Source: Chiloscyllium plagiosum
Taxonomy: Eukaryota
Reading direction: 5' to 3'
DNA length: 64,000 nt
NCBI RefSeq assembly: GCF_004010195.1
Contig: NC_057719.1
Coordinates: 18,497,159 to 18,561,158 of the forward strand
The notes under the pieces are model-generated. The model was not told the DNA's origin, ran no database searches, and was given only the letters and a program-made list of their open reading frames with translations. The first letter of the stretch is position 1. Each line of letters opens with the position of its first letter. The position numbers were made by a program, and so were the translations under genes. Positions 37,546-49,240 of this stretch are shown piece after piece.

Positions 37546-37827
37546 ACTGCATAAGTCTTTATTTCCTTCTTTCCCTCACTCACTCACTCTCTTTTTCTCT
37601 CTCTCTCTCTATCCTTTGTTATTTCTTTCTTCCTCCTCATGTCAATGTTAAGTGCTTCTGCAGGTATTTCTAGCCTCAACTGTTTCTAAGGCCTTGTAAT
37701 TAAGACTCACAGGCTGTTAATGGGTATTGGCAAACAGAAGATCCAGAATAGATTTGGACTCGAGGTGGGGTGTTGAAGCTATTGAAACAGTGCCTGATGC
37801 TGCTGTGACTTTGGAATTGCTAACCAG

Positions 37828-38730
37828 TCATAGTTTCATAGAGTTGCACATCATGCAAACAGATCCTTCAGTTCAACTCATCCATGCCAGTCCAGATATC
37901 CTAAATTAATCTGGTCCTTCTAATGCCTTCCTATTCATGTACACATCCAGATGCCTGTTAAATTGTGTGGCTGTACCAGCCTCCACCACTTCCTCTGGCA
38001 CACATGCACCACCCTCTGTGAGGAAAAGTCACCCCTTCGGTCCCTTTCTCACCTTAAACCAATGCCCTCCAGTTTTGAACTTCCCTGCCATGGGAAAAAG
38101 AGCTAACTATTCACTCTATCTATGACCCTCATGATTATATAAATATCTGTAATGGTCACCCCTCAGCCTCTGATGCTCCAGGAAAAATAGCCCAAGACTA
38201 TTTAACTTCTCCTTACAGCTCAAACACTCCAACCCTGGCAACATCATGGTAAGTCCTTTCTGAACCCTGTCAAGTTTCACAACATCCTTCCCATAACAGG
38301 AAGACTAGAATTGCACACAATAATCCAAAAATGGTCAAACCAATGTTCTGTACAGCTGGAACATGACATCCCAACTCCTATACTCAATGTATTGACCAAT
38401 AAAGGTGAGTGTGCCAAACCCCTTCTTCACTACCATGTCTACCTGTGAATCCACATTCAAGGAACCGTGAACCTACGCCCCAAGATCGCTTTGTTCAGCA
38501 GCACTCCCAGGCCCCGACATTTAAGCGTGTAAGCCCTGATCTGAATTGCCTTAACAAAATGCAATACCTCACATTTATCTAAACTAAACTCCATCTGCCC
38601 ATTGGCCCATCTAATCGAGGTCCCATTGTACTCTGAGATAACCTTCTTCACTGTTCACCAGACCACCTATTTTGGTGTCATCTGCAAACGTACTAAACAT
38701 TCCTCCTATATTCACATCCAAATCATTTAC
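37828..38730 (-). mobile_element. CR1 LINE 3' fragment
   Basis: rc gives FADDTK (about 38672-38690) and QMEFSLDKCEVLHF; typical tail. Confidence 0.9.
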
Positions 38731-38916
38731 ACAAAGTTCTGAAACCTATATAAATTCTGTTCCCTGGGCTCAGGAGCAAATTGTAGCATAAAGATGTCTT
38801 GGCAATGCCTTGAGATGATGAGCTGTGGGGGAAGTGGATAGCGCAATGGGAGGCTAGAGTTTGTATCAGTTCTTTATTTATTGTAAAGTCATATTTTCTT
38901 GCAATGTCACCTCTGC

Positions 38917-40432
38917 GGGGCCTCTTGCTGAGATATTTCTGTCATCGATAGTTACAGGTGAGGTGCGGGAAGACTGGAGGTTGGCAAACGTGGTGCCACT
39001 GTTTAAGAAGGGCGGTAAAGACAAGCCAGAGAACTATAGACTGGTGAGCCTGACCTCGGTGGTGGGCAAGTTGTTGGAGGGAATCCTGAGGGACAGGATG
39101 CACATGTATTTGGAAAGGCAAGACTGATTTGGGATAGTCAACATGACTTTGTACATGGGAAATCATGTCTCACAAACTTGATTGAGTTTTTTGAAGAAGT
39201 AACAAAGAAGATTGATGAGGGCAGAGCAGTAGATGTGATCTATATGGACTTCAGTAAGGCGTTCGACAAGGTTCCCCATGGGAGACTGATTAGCAAGGTT
39301 AGATCTCATGGAATACAGGGAGAACTAGCTATTTGGATACATATCTGGCTCAAAGGTAGAAGACAGAGGGTGGTGGTGGAAGGTTGTATTTCAGAGCGGA
39401 GGCCTGTAACCAGTGGAGTGCCGCAAGGATCGGTACTGGGCCCTCTACTTTTAGTCATTTACATAAATGATTTGGATGCGAGCATAAAAGGCACAAATAG
39501 TAAGTTTGCAGATGACGCCAAAATTGGAGGTGTAGTGGACAGCGAAGGTGGTTACCTCAGATTACAATAGGATCTGGACCAGATGGGCCAATGGGCTGAG
39601 AAGTGGCAGATGGAGTTGAATTCAGATAAATACGAGGTGCTGCATTTTGGGAAAGCAAACCTTAGCAGTACTTATACACTTAATGGTAAGGTCTTCGGGA
39701 GTGTTGCTAAACAAAGAGACCTTGGAGTGCAGGTTCATAGCTCCTTGAAAGTGGAGTCGCAGGTAGATAGGATAGTGAGGAAGGCATTTGGTATGCTTTC
39801 CCTTATTGGTCAGAGTATTAAGTACAGGAGTTGGGAGGTCATGTTGCGGCTGTACAGGACATTGGTTAGGCCACTGTTGGAATATTGTGTGCAATTCTGG
39901 TCTCCTTCCTATTGGAAAGACGTTGTGAAACTTGAAAGTGTTCAGAAAAGATTTACAAGGATGTTGCCAGGGTTGGAGGATTTGAGCTATAAGGAGAGGC
40001 TGAACAGGCTGGGGCTGCTTTCCCTGGAGCATCGGAGGCTGAGGGGTGACCTTATAGAGGTTTACAAAATTATGAGGGGCATGGATAGGATAAATAGACA
40101 AAGTCTTTTCCCTGGGATCGGGGAATCCAGAACTGAAGGGCATAGGTTTAGGGTGAGAGGGGAAAGATATAAAAGAGACCTATGGGGCAATGTTTTCATG
40201 CAGAGGGTGATATGTGTATGGAATGAGCTGCCAGAGGATGTGGTGGAGGCTGGTACAATTGCAACATTTAAGAGGCATTTGGATAGGTATATGAATAGGA
40301 AGGGTTTGGAGGAATATGGGCCGGGTGCTGGCAGGTGGGACTAGATTGGGTTGGGATATCTAGTCGGCATGGACAGGTTGGACCGAAGGGTCTGTTTCCA
40401 TGCTGTACATCTTTATGACTCTATGACTCTAC
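38917..40432 (+). mobile_element. CR1 (HER1-like) LINE, 1.5-kb 5'-truncated copy with a nearly complete RT pseudogene
   Basis: ORFs 38861-39127, 39178-39570 and 39583-40344 give [29 protein letters not shown] and FADD. One frameshift (about 39120) and one in-frame TAG (39568-39570); (atgactct)n tail. Confidence 0.97.
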
Positions 40433-41236
40433 TCCCAACAACCTCAGTTAGTACAAAAGCCCTAGAGAAATGTTAAAGTCAAATTGTCACAGTCTGGGTC
40501 TCCATTCATTTTCCTTAGCTCCCAGCGGAACTGAAGGAAAGACTTGGCGAAGATCCTTTTTGGTCTTGACACTCCTGTGTAAGTACTCTGATAGTATAAT
40601 TCTCTTGGGAAAATGAAAATTCATTTTACCATTTCCCCTCTTTTCTGTCAATTAATTTGTAATGTTTTGCATGTGGAGAATTTGAAGTAGGTGAATACCT
40701 AGCCAATGGTGAATAAATAGATTTTATTATCTTCCACAGACTAATTACTTGAAGAGGACTGATTTGCAGGTCAATGGAGAATAAGCTAAGGGTATGGAAT
40801 AAAAGGCCAGTTCTTTCAAAACATTATCATAGACATGATGGGCTCCTTTTGTGCTGTTAGATTTCCTGGACCAGCAGGAGGAGAAAAAGGAAAATCATCC
40901 AGGGTTCCTGCCTCTAATTGTAATGAACTGACACATTCGAAGTAGTGTGTGTGTGTATGAATATTGCAGATGGCAAAGATCAGGCGTAGCTGTGATGCTC
41001 TCCTCAATCGGCACCTTGCTGCCCAACAGGTGCTGGTATTGGACCGGGGTGGACAAAGTTAAAAAAAACACACAGCACCAGGTTAATATTTGTTCTGCAA
41101 ACAATAGTTCTAAAAGGTAGCTGATTATCATGTCATAATCACAATGCTGTTTATGACAACTGACTGTGTGCAAATTGGCTGCTGTATTTCTTGCAGCTGC
41201 AGCTTCAAGAACAATTTATTGACTGTTTTAAGATGA

Positions 41237-41690
41237 AGTTAAAAATCACACAACATCAGTCCAAAAGCTTGTATCTCCAAATAACTCTGTTCGACTATAA
41301 CCTGGTTTTGTGTGATTTTTTTTAACTTTGTCCACCCCAATCCAATACCAGCACCTGTTGGGCAGCACAGTGACTTAGTGGTTAGCACTACTGCCTCACA
41401 GCATCAGGAACCCGGGTTCGATTCCAGTCTTGGGTGACTGTCTGTGTGGAGTTTGCACATTCTCCCCATGTCTGTGTGGGTTTCCTCTGGGTGCTCTGGC
41501 TTTTTACCCACAATCCAAAGATGTGCAGGTCAGGTGAATTGGCCATGCTAAATTGGCCGTAGTGTTAGGTGCAGTAATCAGAGGGAAATGGGTCTCGGTG
41601 AGTTACTCTTTGGGGGGGTTGGTGTGGACTTGTTGGGCTGAAGGGCCTGTTTCCATACAGTAGGGAATCTAATCTAACCTCTACATCATG
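41237..41690 (+). mobile_element. Family-B short element with an HE1 SINE inserted in its tail
   Basis: gttaaaaatcacacaaca / tgtgtgattttttttaac arms; tail split as ...ccagcacct [HE1] cctctacatcat. Confidence 0.8.
41358..41677 (+). mobile_element. HE1-type SINE
   Basis: A box, B box gggttcgattcc, central domain and (taatc)n tail. Confidence 0.93.
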
Positions 41691-41740
41691 TTTTGAGGAG
41701 GGCAAAGAAACTTTGTAAATGCAAGTCTTTCTTTCATTCT

Positions 41741-41945
41741 AGCTGAAAATGTGTTGCTGGAAAAGCGCAGCAGGTCAGGCAGCATCCAAGGAACGGGAGA
41801 ATCGACATTTCGGGCATAAGCCCTTCTTCAGGAATGCCCGAAATGTCGATTCTCCTGTTCCTTGGATGCTGCCTGACCTGCTGTGCTTTTCCAGCAACAC
41901 ATTTTCAGTTCTGATCTCCAGCATCTGCAGTCCTCACTTTCTCCT
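41741..41945. mobile_element. Penelope-derived palindromic insertion (family A)
   Basis: Antisense arm with a full hammerhead (about 41800-41835), sense arm starting in stem II, 35-nt tail. Flanked by ctttctttcattcta (41727-41741, 41944-41958). Confidence 0.92.
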
Positions 41946-42339
41946 TTCTTTCATTCTAACATTATTTATTCCCCCATGTACGTCTTACTGGTTGAATGAT
42001 GTCTATTCACTAGCTTTCTCCCTGCTGGTAGATCTTCTTCAATGGAACCTGGCAAAAGCCCTTTGAAATCAACTCACTGAGAGCAGCCATCCCCAGGCTC
42101 CAGGCCACTGTTTAAGTGGTGTCATAGTTAACTTGAACCAGTGATCACGATTTGAGATTTTTATTTCCCTCACCTTTATATTTTGTTTCTCTCAGGACTT
42201 AGAAACCAATTCTAGGATTATTTATATACTTTAAGTCAATATCTAAATGGTCCCCAGTGTCACCAAACAATGATATTTACAAAAATAACCTACACGTCCA
42301 CCCCTGTCCTTTTAAAAGTGACACAACTAATAAAGAGTC

Positions 42340-42670
42340 TGATGGTAACGTTGTTGGACACGGAATCCAGGGAACCAGATTTATCCTCCAAACTCCTCAG
42401 TTCAAATTGGCAGCAGGGAATTTAAGTTAGTGTAAGTAATAAATCTGGAATAAACTATTAGTTTCATTCATGGTCATCATGAAATTACAAATTACTAGTT
42501 CACAAAAGCCTTTCAGGGGAGGAAGTCTGGCCTATGTGTGACTCCAGAATCACAGCAACACGGTTGACTCTTAACAACTCTTGATAATTATCTTCTCAAG
42601 CCATTGCAGTGAGACTGGCAGTCAATGCTGGCTTTGCCAGCAATGCTCATTTCTTAAGAACAGATAAAAA
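42340..42670 (+). mobile_element. Decayed copy of the SINE family at 35213
   Basis: gttcac...ctttcaggggaggaa.tctggcctatgtgtgactccaga..cacagcaa..cggttgactcttaac, plus tail. Confidence 0.65.
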
Positions 42671-43044
42671 TATTAATTCTAACCAAGTTCGATTTGCACA
42701 AATCACCAATTGAAATCACTGAACCATGTTGATTCCAGTCAGGAAAAAACTTTCATTTTAAAAAAACTCACTCTAATTTCTTAAGCCCATCACCCCTTCT
42801 CACCTCCTTCGTTTCCACACACCTTTGCAATGCCTGTTCTCTAATCAACAAAGCACAAGTTGGAATGCTCTCCACTTGCCTGAGTGCATGTACAACAATG
42901 TTCAAGAATTTCAACATTATCTCGGCCTCTGGAGTTTTTTCAGAAGCCTTTCCATACCAAATGTTTCCACCAAGTATTTGGTCATCATTTTCATTACTCT
43001 CTCATGTTAAACAGACCAATATCCATCAGTATCCATTAATACCA

Positions 43045-43156
43045 TTGATGTTGGAAATCTGAAACAATTGCAAAGAGTGCTGGAGAAACTCAGCGGGTCT
43101 GGCAGCATCTGTGGAGAGAGGAAGAGTGTTAACATTTTGAGTCCAGTATAACTCCC
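43045..43156 (-). mobile_element. Penelope-derived 3' end (family C), single arm
   Basis: gatgttggaaatctgaaa...tgctggagaaactcagcgggtctggcagcatctgtggagagag...ttaacattttgagtcc. Confidence 0.75.
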
Positions 43157-44486
43157 CTCTGAAGTGGTCTAACAAGCCACTCAGTTTAAGGGAAATTAAT
43201 CCTGGCCTTGTCAATGATGCCTATATCCACAAAAGAATTTTTCAAATCAGTTTTGTTATTGTTAAACCATTAAAAATTAAAATAAACAGATAAACTTAGC
43301 CAATAATGCTTCTGTTGGTATATCCAGTCTCTGACATCATGGAAGACTTCTAGTGTACCCTCAGAAAATGCATGTTCCTTATCCACTCTGGTACAGGCAA
43401 GACTTGGAACTAAAGGAGTGGACAGACAGACCAGTGTCTGTATCCACTATGGGCCAGTAAATGGCCAACTTTGCCAGGCCAAAATGCAGGTCTGCAAAGA
43501 GATTCTCCAGCCTGCACCGCAGTAAATCAGGTGACTAGCATCCAGGGCCACACTGCACTGCAGCTGCTAAAATACATAAAGGCACTGAAAAGAGAAAGTC
43601 AAAAAGGAACTCTGTGAATCTGAACAGTTTATTGCTCAAATAAAACCTAATGCCAAGAGCTGACAACTGTGTTATGGAGGGTTCCACCTTGTGTAACTGT
43701 GAATTTTCACCACAGTCACGGCTGGATGGTGAGATGTGGGACATGTAAGGGCATCACTGCTTCACAGTGTAACAACATTGTGGTGGTTACCCAGAACCAT
43801 GCAGCCATGCAGTAAAATATTGTCTTCCCCAGCATTTGATTTTTAGACTGAGAAAAAAAAACCAAGAAAATTATCAATATTTCTGACTTCTACCTATAAG
43901 TGTTGCAATCATATGACAAATGTCAAACTTTGTGATACAATGTCTCACCAGTCCTTACGGTTTGCTGTTATACCAGTTGCTAAGAGCTGCACTTTGGTCA
44001 TCAACTGGTACCAAGGGACTAAGTTCTGAAACTCCTTCCCTAAATATTTGTCTCTGTATGTCTCTCTCGCCCTCTCTCTTTTTCCTCCTCTAATATAGCT
44101 TAACATCTTCAACTGAGCCTTTTCGACACCAGTCTTGATAACACCATACCCAGCCCAGCGTCAATTTGATGACACATCCATTCACCACCTTGTCAGGTTT
44201 TACTACTTTGAAGAGGTTGATTTTGAGGATTATCTTGAATCATGGGAGAAGGGTCGGGAAATAGAGAGGTTTAAGGAGGGAATTCCAGAACTTAAGGCCA
44301 AAGGAACTGAAGGTAAGAGCCACAGATTTCTTTCTTTATTTAATTAAAATGTGGAGTGTGGGTGTTGCTGGCTAGCCAGCATCCCTAGTTGCCCTTCAGA
44401 ATACGGTGGTGTGCTGACTTCACAAACCATTTCAGTCTACCTGCTGTGAGCTGACCCACCATGTTGTTCGGGAGGGAGTTCCAGGA

Positions 44487-44810
44487 TCAGGAAGCGGAGA
44501 AGTCAATGTGTCGGGTGTTACCTTTCTTCAGGACTGGGGGTGTGTGTGGGGGGAACTGCAGATAAGGAGGGGGGGGAGGTGAGAGGAGGGGTGGTGTGGT
44601 GAGATGGGGTTAGGTTAACACAGGGTATGGGTATGATCTGGTTGGTCGATGGGAGGGACGAATCCGGTTGGTAGCTGGAAAGAGGGGTCATTCAGAGGAA
44701 TGGAAGGTATTGGGTGGGGCTGGGAAATAGTCCGGTGATGGAAAGGGAGGTTATTTGACATTCTAGTCATGAAGAAGGGTTACACTGGAAACATCGACTT
44801 CTCTGCCTCC
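44487..44810. mobile_element. Decayed Penelope-derived insertion with unequal inverted arms (possible fourth family)
   Basis: Antisense hammerhead remnant at about 44495-44535 and sense remnant atgaagaagggttacactggaaacatcgac at about 44765-44800. Between them is G-rich PLE-type 3' UTR sequence. Confidence 0.65.
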
Positions 44811-44812
44811 TA

Positions 44813-45258
44813 ATAAGAACATAAGACACAGGAGTGGAAGCAAAGCCATTCCGCCCATCAAGTCCACTCCGCCATTTAATCATGGCTGATGGGTGTTTCA
44901 ATTCCTCTTACCCGCACTCTCCCTTTAGCCCTTAATTCCTTGCGAGATCAAGAATTTATCAATCTCTGCCTTGAAGACACCCATCATCCAGGTCTCCACT
45001 GCACTCTGTGGCAATGAATTCCACAGGCCCACCATTCTCTGGCTGAAGAAATGTCTCCTCATTTCCATTCTAAATTGACCCCCTCTAATTCTAAGCCTGT
45101 GCCCACGGGTCCTAGTCTCTCCGCCTAATGCAAACAACTTCCCAGCGTCCACCCTTTCTAAGTCATGCATTATCTTTTAAGTTTCTATTAGATCTCCCCG
45201 CAACCTTCTAAACTCTGATGAATACAATCCCAGGATCCTCAGCCAATCATCATATGTT
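44813..45258 (-). mobile_element. CR1 3' fragment
   Basis: ORF 44925-45170: TRTRGHRLRI...FFSQRMVGLWNSLP. Confidence 0.92.
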
Positions 45259-45259
45259 A

Positions 45260-45305
45260 GGCACGGTGGCACAGTGGATAGCACTGCTGCCTCACAGCAC
45301 CAGAC
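45260..45305 (+). mobile_element. HE1 SINE head only
   Basis: ggcacggtggcacagtgg.tagcactgctgcctcacagc, fused to a CR1 fragment. Confidence 0.8.
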
Positions 45306-45752
45306 TGGAAGGTTTGAGTTGTATGAAGTGACTGGATAGACTGGAATTTTCTTTTCCTTGGTGTGTAGGAGACTGAGGGGGTGACCTTATGGAGGTTTAT
45401 AAAATTGAGAGAGTCTTAGATAAGGTGAATAGCCAAGGTCTTTTCCCCAGGGGAAGAGAGTCCAAAGCTAGAGGGTATAGTTTAAGGTGAGATTTAAAAA
45501 GAACCTGAGGCAGAACTTTTTTTTTTAAAACATAGAGAATAGTGCATATATGTAGTAAGCTGCCAAAGGAAGTTGTGGAGACAGTGCAATTACAAGTTTT
45601 AAAAGGATAGGTACATGGATAGGAAAGATTAAGAGGGTTATGGCCCAAACACCTGCAAATGGAACTAGTTCAGATTAGGAAATTTGGTCGGCATGGACAA
45701 TTTGGGCCGAGGGTCTGTTTCTATGCTGTATATCTCTATGACTCCATGACTC
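45305..45752 (+). mobile_element. CR1 3' fragment
   Basis: RLRG.L.EVYKI remnants and an (atgactc)n tail. Confidence 0.85.
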
Positions 45753-47417
45753 ACATTCCTAGTGCTGAGAACCATTCTACAAAACCAAGATTTTTTTAAA
45801 AAGACTATTCAACTACCAACAATGCTCCCAGTAATCTCCATTACAATGGCCTCAAGTTCAACTATCACTCCTCATAAACAATTTGGAGGCTGACCCTTTT
45901 GTGTTAACTTTTATCTTTTTGGATTTACTTCTAATATGTATTGTGTCACTGATTCTACTCATGTTTAATAATGAATAAAGTCACTCATTATTAACTCAAG
46001 TGCACCTGACTAAATTGGCTCCTTTTAAAATGCAGGCTCATTTAGATCTGAAGGAAAAAGGTATCCACGAGGGAAGGGATCACTTCTAAATTAACCTAAT
46101 TGCAACCAACCGAGGCAAGGTGGGTGAATAAAGAAAGGGAGCCAATTGCCCCCTTCTCATCCGGGAGCTTGATAGTTTAGGGCATCCCATCTGGAACTGT
46201 AATGAATTGGAGTAACTCATGGGAGGGGTCTGATCATAACAACGTATTGATCTCTAGCCATTCGCCCTCATTCAAAGACAACTTCCACCAGATAAATTTG
46301 GCTGAATGGTTGTTATTAAAATGTTAAACTGCCCTTATCTTTCAGGTGCTAACCAATGGGTCGGGCATTTCCAACAATTCCTGCTTTTTAATGGTGTTAA
46401 TTTATGCAGGGGAGTTGCATAATATGGAAGTAAACCTGCAAAACCATTCAATAAATGTGCGTAGCTGGTAAATTGTTAAACTGTTCAATTATCTGAGCAA
46501 ATAAAGGGCTTTCACCTTCGCTTCTCCAGTTGTTGTTGGTCAGGTTCACATGTTTTGCAAGTTGCAACAGTGGACTAGCTCAATTAATTAATGCATGTTG
46601 CATACTAACTAGGCTCTGATAGTTCATGACTGGAGTGTCAACATGACCTGTTCCAATGAGCAGGTGAAGGATTATGAAATGTAAGGGTGACAAAAGTACG
46701 AGTAACCTACAAGCTGCATAGCCATTGTGGCCACAGACCTGAAGCTTTATGCTCAGGTAAAAATAGACCAGTTTGTTTATTGTTTTTTTCTCTGTCATGT
46801 AGGTAAATTCTGAGCCTGCTTTTTTAATAGGTATGAGTGTCAGAACTGAACTACTCAAAGAATGCTTCTCGATGCATTGGTTTAAATATTCCCCAAACAA
46901 CACTAATCCTCAATATTGCTAATGAGTTTCATGGATTAGTGAAATCAATGTCATAGATGCTTTTGCCACCATTCCTAAAGATTAAAAAAAGTAGATGGTT
47001 GCTAAAATAAATGATCTAACATAGAGGGAGGTCATTAATCATGTTCATTATCAAATATATTTTTTTTCTCATTCTGTTTGCATTTGTGTTAGCTACAATA
47101 CATTGAAAAGTTGGATGAAAAGGCTGTTTAACCGATAAATAAATGCCAATTGATTGATCAAATAATAGTATCGCTGATCAGGGAGCTAGACCTTCCAAAC
47201 CTCTAACTGTAGGGTCCTGGAACTATAAGTAGTGGTAGTAAAGCAACCAGAAATATACTAAACAACATTTGTTAAAGCTGTCATTTGAAACCTTAGAAAT
47301 CAATTGAAGTATTATGTCCAAATTTAATTCCACAGAAAATTTCCGAAGAATACATTAAGAAATCTCACCATCATGACTTGGAAATATATTATCGCTCCTT
47401 CAATGTTGTTGGCAAAA

Positions 47418-47645
47418 GACCCTGGAATCTGTGGAATTTCCTGTCCAGTGAAGTAATTAAGGCTACCTTGTTGAATGTTTTTAAGGCAAGGATAGATAGA
47501 TTTTTGAACACAAGAATTAACGGTCATGGTGAGCAGGCAGTAAGTGGAACTGGGTCCATGAAAAGATCAGCCATGATCTTATTGAATGGAGGGGCAGGTT
47601 TGATGGACCAGATGGCCTACTCCTGCTTCTAATTCTTATGTTCTC
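47418..47645 (+). mobile_element. CR1 3' fragment
   Basis: NLWNFL...LNVFKARIDRFL; tail atggcctactcctgcttctaattcttatgttct. Confidence 0.8.
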
Positions 47646-48910
47646 AGTGTCCAGAAGTTACATCTTTCTTCCCAAAGGACTCCCTGACAATCCAGAGCAT
47701 TTATAAAATGGGGTAGGATATCTGTAACATTTAATCCAAATCTCCCCATCCTCCAACTTCAATGAGGAATCAGTAGTTTTAATCCAAATTAGAGAAATAA
47801 TGCAAATACTGAGCCTAAGGGGTACCCACATTGAAACAATACGGCAATTATTCTTTGGCTGAAAACTTAAACTGCTCAGTTGGATGTAAACAATCCCATG
47901 ATATTGCAGGCATTAGGGAGATGTACTATCTGTGCCAGAAAATCAAGCCACCATCCCCAAATTATTAATGGTATCTCTGAGTCAAACAGGGAGAACAACA
48001 CTGTATCCTGCCAATTTGACTGCTGTCTTACATCAATAGTTGCCAGTTCTAAGGGGCAGGGTGTAAATATTATTAGCCTCCCACAGAACGATATAAATAA
48101 TACTCCCATAATACTACTAACTTTATTATTTTAACAACCCTGTGGTGAAACAAATGAGGATTTCTGTAAATCTGTGAAGTTTATCTAAAGTATGTTTTAA
48201 ACTTCATTTTTACCCCATAACAAAAATAAAGTCGAATGCTTATCCTTGGACTATATAAATGTCTCAATGACTACCGCCCAGTGGCCCTAACTTCGGTGGT
48301 CATGAAGTGCTTTGAAAGGCTGGTCATGGCATTAACCAACTTCAGCCTCCCCATGACTCTTGACACACTTCAACTTGCCTATCGGACCAATAGATCATAT
48401 CAGATGCCATATTACTTGCCCTTCACTCCTCCCTAGAACATCTTGACACCAAGAACAGCTACATAAGAATCCTACTCATGGATTACAGTTCAGCCTTCAA
48501 CATTATTATGTCCTCAATACTGATTACTAAACTTAGTGATCTCGGACTAAGCCCCACTCTCTGCAATTGGATCCTCAGTTTCCCAATCTTCAGTGAAGAT
48601 TGGGGACAATATTTCATGCTCACTAACATTCAACCCTGGAGCCCCCCAAGGGGTGCGTACTCAGCCCCCTACTGTACTCACTGTATACCCCTGACTGCAT
48701 TGCCAAATATCAGCCTAATGCCATTTACAAGTTCGCTGATGACACCACCATAGTCGGTCAAATCTCAGATGGTGATGAAACAGACTACGGACGGGAGGTG
48801 GAAGACCTGGAAAAATGGTGCACTGAGAACAACCTAGCTCTCAATGCTGGCAAAACCAAGGAACTCATATTGACTTTCAGCAGAATGTTACTCATGCTCT
48901 CCTACACATT

Positions 48911-49075
48911 GTTAAAAATCATCCAACACCAGGTTATAGTCCAACAGGTTTAATTGGAAGCACACTAGCTTTCGGAGCAACGCTCCAATTAAACCTGTTG
49001 GACTATAACCTGGTGTTGTGTGATTTTTAACTTTGTACACCCCAGTCCAACACCGGCATCTCCAAATCATGTCCA
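48911..49075. mobile_element. Family-B palindromic short element inserted in Rex1
   Basis: 48-bp arms 48911-48958 / 48984-49031. The loop holds an antisense half-hammerhead (rc gctccGAAAGCTAgtg). 39-nt tail; direct repeat ctacacatt (48902-48910, 49076-49084). Confidence 0.9.
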
Positions 49076-49240
49076 CTACACATTAACAGCATAGACGTGG
49101 AATGAGTGCAGAGTATCAAGCCCCTGGGAGTGGTCATCCACAATAAGCTTTCTTGGATTCTTCATGTGGATGCACTGGTTACAAAGGCCCAACAATGTCT
49201 CTTCTTCCTCAGGCAGCTGAGGAAATTTGGCATGACAGCG

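Noticed and set aside
39178..40344. Functional reverse transcriptase CDS
   Set aside because: 5'-truncated, with a frameshift and an in-frame stop; no endonuclease domain or ORF1.
48911..49075. Short hairpins as DNA-transposon MITEs or pre-miRNA genes
   Set aside because: The one-sided tail, variable long TSDs, variable turn points and hammerhead remnants fit PLE derivation better. No miRNA was recognised.
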